From: Gammaproteobacteria bacterium
GTDB lineage: Bacteria; Pseudomonadota; Gammaproteobacteria; Eutrophobiales; Eutrophobiaceae
NCBI GenBank assembly: GCA_965215365.1
Contig: CBDCDS010000003.1
Span: forward strand, 2,368,001 to 2,432,000
Direction: 5' to 3'
Length of the DNA stretch: 64,000 nucleotides
Numbering within the stretch: the stretch's first letter is position 1; each line of letters opens with the position of its first letter. Both the position numbers and the translations under genes were made by a program. Positions 61,539-64,000 of this stretch are shown one piece after another. The notes below the pieces were generated by a model. It had not been told where the DNA came from. It worked only from the letters and a program-made list of their open reading frames with translations, and searched no databases.

Positions 61539-62503
61539 GTTATTGCCCTGACGCGCAACTCGCCACTGCTGAACCTGCTGAGGCTGGCACCGGTCTTTAG
61601 CAACAACAAACCGTTATCGTCCACGCCCCGGACGCGCCCGCTGAGCGTCTGCTCCGGCAGCTGCAGTTCCACCTGTCGCTCATAAAGATAGTCCCGTGCG
61701 CGCCAGGCTGCCACATAGTCGGCCATCCCGCCGGCCGCGACGCGCGCCAGCGTGGTCAGTTGTTCCACCAGGATGCTGCTTGCCAGCCGACTGCGGCCGG
61801 GGGGGGCGCGGTAGTGGGAGGCCAGATCTGTGACCGGTTGCTCCAACGCGGTTTTCAGCGCGCACGGCAGGCGCACATTGAGACCGATGCCGATGACCAC
61901 ATCGCAGGTGGACGCGGTTTCACTACGCGCCTCCAGTAGAATGCCACCGGTTTTTTTTTCGTCCAGCATCAGGTCATTGGGCCATTTAAGTTGTATGCCG
62001 TCCAGGCCCAGCCCGGCCAGCGCCTGCGCCACGGCCACCCCGCAAGCCAGGGACAGCGCGTTCAAGGAGGTCGGAGCCATATCGAAATGCCAGCCCAGCG
62101 ACAGATACAGCCCGCCGGCAAAAGGCGATGCCCACACCCTGCCCCGGCGACCCTTGCCACCGTGTTGATGCTCGGCCAGGACTATCTGCTTATGCAGGTG
62201 CGGTTGCCCGAACCGGTCGGTGAGACATTGGTTGGTTGATGCGGTTTCCAGCAGGATCTCGAGGCGGCAACCGTTGGCCGCTACGCCCATGCCGTCGAGG
62301 ATTTCAGACCGGTCCAGCAGGTCAATCTCATCTAGCAGGCGATACCCCTTGCTGTGCCCAGCCTCAATATCCAGGCCCAGCGCGCGCAAGCGTTTGATGC
62401 TTTTCCAGATAACGGTCCTGCTTACACCCAGTTGCGCCGCCAGGGCCTGACCTGAGTGCCAGGCGTTGTCCAGCAGGCAACCTAATAGCACCCTTCTATC
62501 CAT
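61535..62503 (-). CDS. birA: Bifunctional biotin ligase/repressor BirA
   Basis: Start placed at ATG 62503; HSGQALA HTH, STN, GKGRRGRVW, KWPND, KTGGIL. Confidence 0.95.
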   Translation of the reverse strand: MDRRVLLGCLLDNAWHSGQALAAQLGVSRTVIWKSIKRLRALGLDIEAGHSKGYRLLDEIDLLDRSEILDGMGVAANGCRLEILLETASTNQCLTDRFGQPHLHKQIVLAEHQHGGKGRRGRVWASPFAGGLYLSLGWHFDMAPTSLNALSLACGVAVAQALAGLGLDGIQLKWPNDLMLDEKKTGGILLEARSETASTCDVVIGIGLNVRLPCALKTALEQPVTDLASHYRAPPGRSRLASSILVEQLTTLARVAAGGMADYVAAWRARDYLYERQVELQLPEQTLSGRVRGVDDNGLLLLKTGASLSRFSSGELRVRAIT

Positions 62504-63356
62504 TAAGGCCCGTATCCTGAGGCTCGTATCCGACCGCAACCGGTCGCGCCGGCTCTGCGCACCATTCGCTCCAGGAACCGGCATAGAGCCTAGGTAGCGG
62601 GTAACCGGCATGCACTGCGGCCAGCAGGTTGTGGCAGGCCGAGACGCCGGACCCGCAGTAAAAGGTAACGTCCGGCGCGTCGACGCCGGCATACAAACCG
62701 GCAAAGGCTTGGCGCAGATGTTGTGGCGACTGAAATTTACTCTGTGCGTCCAGGTTATCTTTCCAAGGGCGATTCCAGGCGCCGGGGATGTGGCCCGCCA
62801 CCGGGTCTATCGGCTCTGCCGCGCCGGCATAGCGGGGGGCTTCGCGCGAGTCCACCAGACGGGGGACGGCATGCACTTCCTGCAGCTGCACCAGACGCCC
62901 GCTGTTCAAGGTGGCGGTGAAGTACCCGTCAGTGACTTGCGTCTGTGTTGCAGCCGTTGCATAACCGGCCTGCTGCCAGGCTTGCAGTCCACCGTCCAGC
63001 ACTGCCACCCGCTCATGCCCGGCGTAGTTCAGCAACCACCACAGGCGCGCCGCAAAGGCGCCACCGGCATTGTCATAAGCTACTACCTGTTTGTGGTTGC
63101 TGATTCCAAGCGCCGAGAGTTTCTCCTCCAGTTGCACCGCGGACGGCATGGGGTGCCGGCCACAGTCGGTCACAGGATGGGAGCTGCTGAGGTCGCGCTG
63201 CAAGTCTGCATACACGGCACCGGGGACATGCTGCGCCAGATAGTGCCGGTAGCCGGCGCTTTTATCCATCAGGTCATACTGGCAGTCCACAATCAGCCAG
63301 TCCGGTGCGGTGCGGTTTGGTGCCAGTGTCTGCGCGTCGATCAAGGTGTTATACAT
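62496..63356 (-). CDS. sseA: Two-domain rhodanese sulfurtransferase (SseA-like)
   Basis: Start placed at ATG 63356; GRHPMP, AARLWW, LDGG, GHIPGA, YCGSGVSAC, YAGSWSEW. Confidence 0.9.
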   Translation of the reverse strand: MYNTLIDAQTLAPNRTAPDWLIVDCQYDLMDKSAGYRHYLAQHVPGAVYADLQRDLSSSHPVTDCGRHPMPSAVQLEEKLSALGISNHKQVVAYDNAGGAFAARLWWLLNYAGHERVAVLDGGLQAWQQAGYATAATQTQVTDGYFTATLNSGRLVQLQEVHAVPRLVDSREAPRYAGAAEPIDPVAGHIPGAWNRPWKDNLDAQSKFQSPQHLRQAFAGLYAGVDAPDVTFYCGSGVSACHNLLAAVHAGYPLPRLYAGSWSEWCAEPARPVAVGYEPQDTGLNG

Positions 63357-63502
63357 AGTTGCCGGTCGCCTGCAAGACAGGTCAGGATATACCCAAAAAG
63401 AATAACAATAGCTTTTCTTATTATTGATTGGAATAGAAAGCATGGTTAAAATGCCGCCCTTTTAACAGTTGCTCGCTGAGCATACTTGTAGGCATAGCTG
63501 TG

Positions 63503-63568
63503 ACCATACACAGTATTTTGCCCATACACAATTTTACCCACATGCAATTTTACCCACGTACAATTTTA
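63503..63568 (+). repeat. 16-bp tandem repeat (3 copies plus 1 degenerate) before cysH
   Basis: cccatacacaatttta / cccacatgcaatttta / cccacgtacaatttta at 63521, 63537, 63553. Confidence 0.85.
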
Positions 63569-63570
63569 CT

Positions 63571-64000
63571 ATGACAAATACATCATTTGACATCGAAGCC
63601 CACGCTAGGGACTTCCAGGACAAAGGGCCGACTGACATTCTGCGCTTTGCTTTTGATAATTTTGACAATATTGCCATTTCCTTCAGTGGCGCCGAGGATG
63701 TGGCGCTGATCGACATTGCCAGGCGCATCAACCCGGAGGTCAAGGTGTTTTCTCTGGATACCGGGCGCCTGCATAGTGAAACCTACCGCTTGTTAGAGCA
63801 GGTGCGGGAACGTTATGGCGTGGAACTGGACGTATTGTCCCCGGATGCGGCGCAACTGGAGACTTTGGTGCGGGAAAAAGGCTTGTACAGTTTCTACCAG
63901 GATGGACACAAGGAGTGCTGCGGCATCCGTAAAATCGCGCCCTTGCGCCGCAAGCTGGAGACGCTGGACGCTTGGGTCACCGGGCAGCGCAAGGACCAGA
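63571..64000 (+). CDS. cysH: Adenylyl/phosphoadenylyl-sulfate reductase (5' part; runs off window end)
   Basis: Manual translation: MTNTSFD...ISFSGAEDV...[13 protein letters not shown]...[11 protein letters not shown]...WVTGQRKDQ; the CC motif suggests Fe-S APS-reductase type. Confidence 0.93.
   Translation, partial: MTNTSFDIEAHARDFQDKGPTDILRFAFDNFDNIAISFSGAEDVALIDIARRINPEVKVFSLDTGRLHSETYRLLEQVRERYGVELDVLSPDAAQLETLVREKGLYSFYQDGHKECCGIRKIAPLRRKLETLDAWVTGQRKDQ

Overview
GC-rich gammaproteobacterial chromosome segment. A host-associated lineage such as a sponge symbiont is a plausible inference from the giant FN3/Calx-beta adhesin and RTX protein. Housekeeping backbone: pyrG (partial), clpS-clpA, nnr-tsaE-amiC-mutL-miaA-hfq, lolC-lolE-lolD-comEC, tsaB, gcvH, asnS, yoaA, efp, parC, ppiD, tRNA-Asp/Val, sseA-birA-coaX, cysH (partial). 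Accessory DNA: (i) a 2118-aa autotransporter-like adhesin with a 36-Asn tract, coupled to an RTX protein; (ii) directly upstream, an array in which a ~45-bp UP/-35 promoter module recurs four times between duplicated, length-variable coiled-coil membrane minigenes, with a 49-bp 'ends-only' IS481 derivative at the duplication junction; (iii) three more self-promoted coiled-coil minigenes ahead of core genes; (iv) a TTAA-flanked ~300-bp MITE and a lone copy of its end; (v) an intact IS481-like element and a nonsense-interrupted DDE transposase splitting a two-component system; (vi) lower-GC defence-like modules: Dam plus a Zn-repeat/DUF3883 nuclease, an AAA ATPase coupled to a P-loop-less STAND-like nuclease, and a PHP-ATPase plus Schlafen/AlbA_2 pair. 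mutL has no canonical start codon upstream of its conserved N-terminus. All calls are by eye; no database searches were run.
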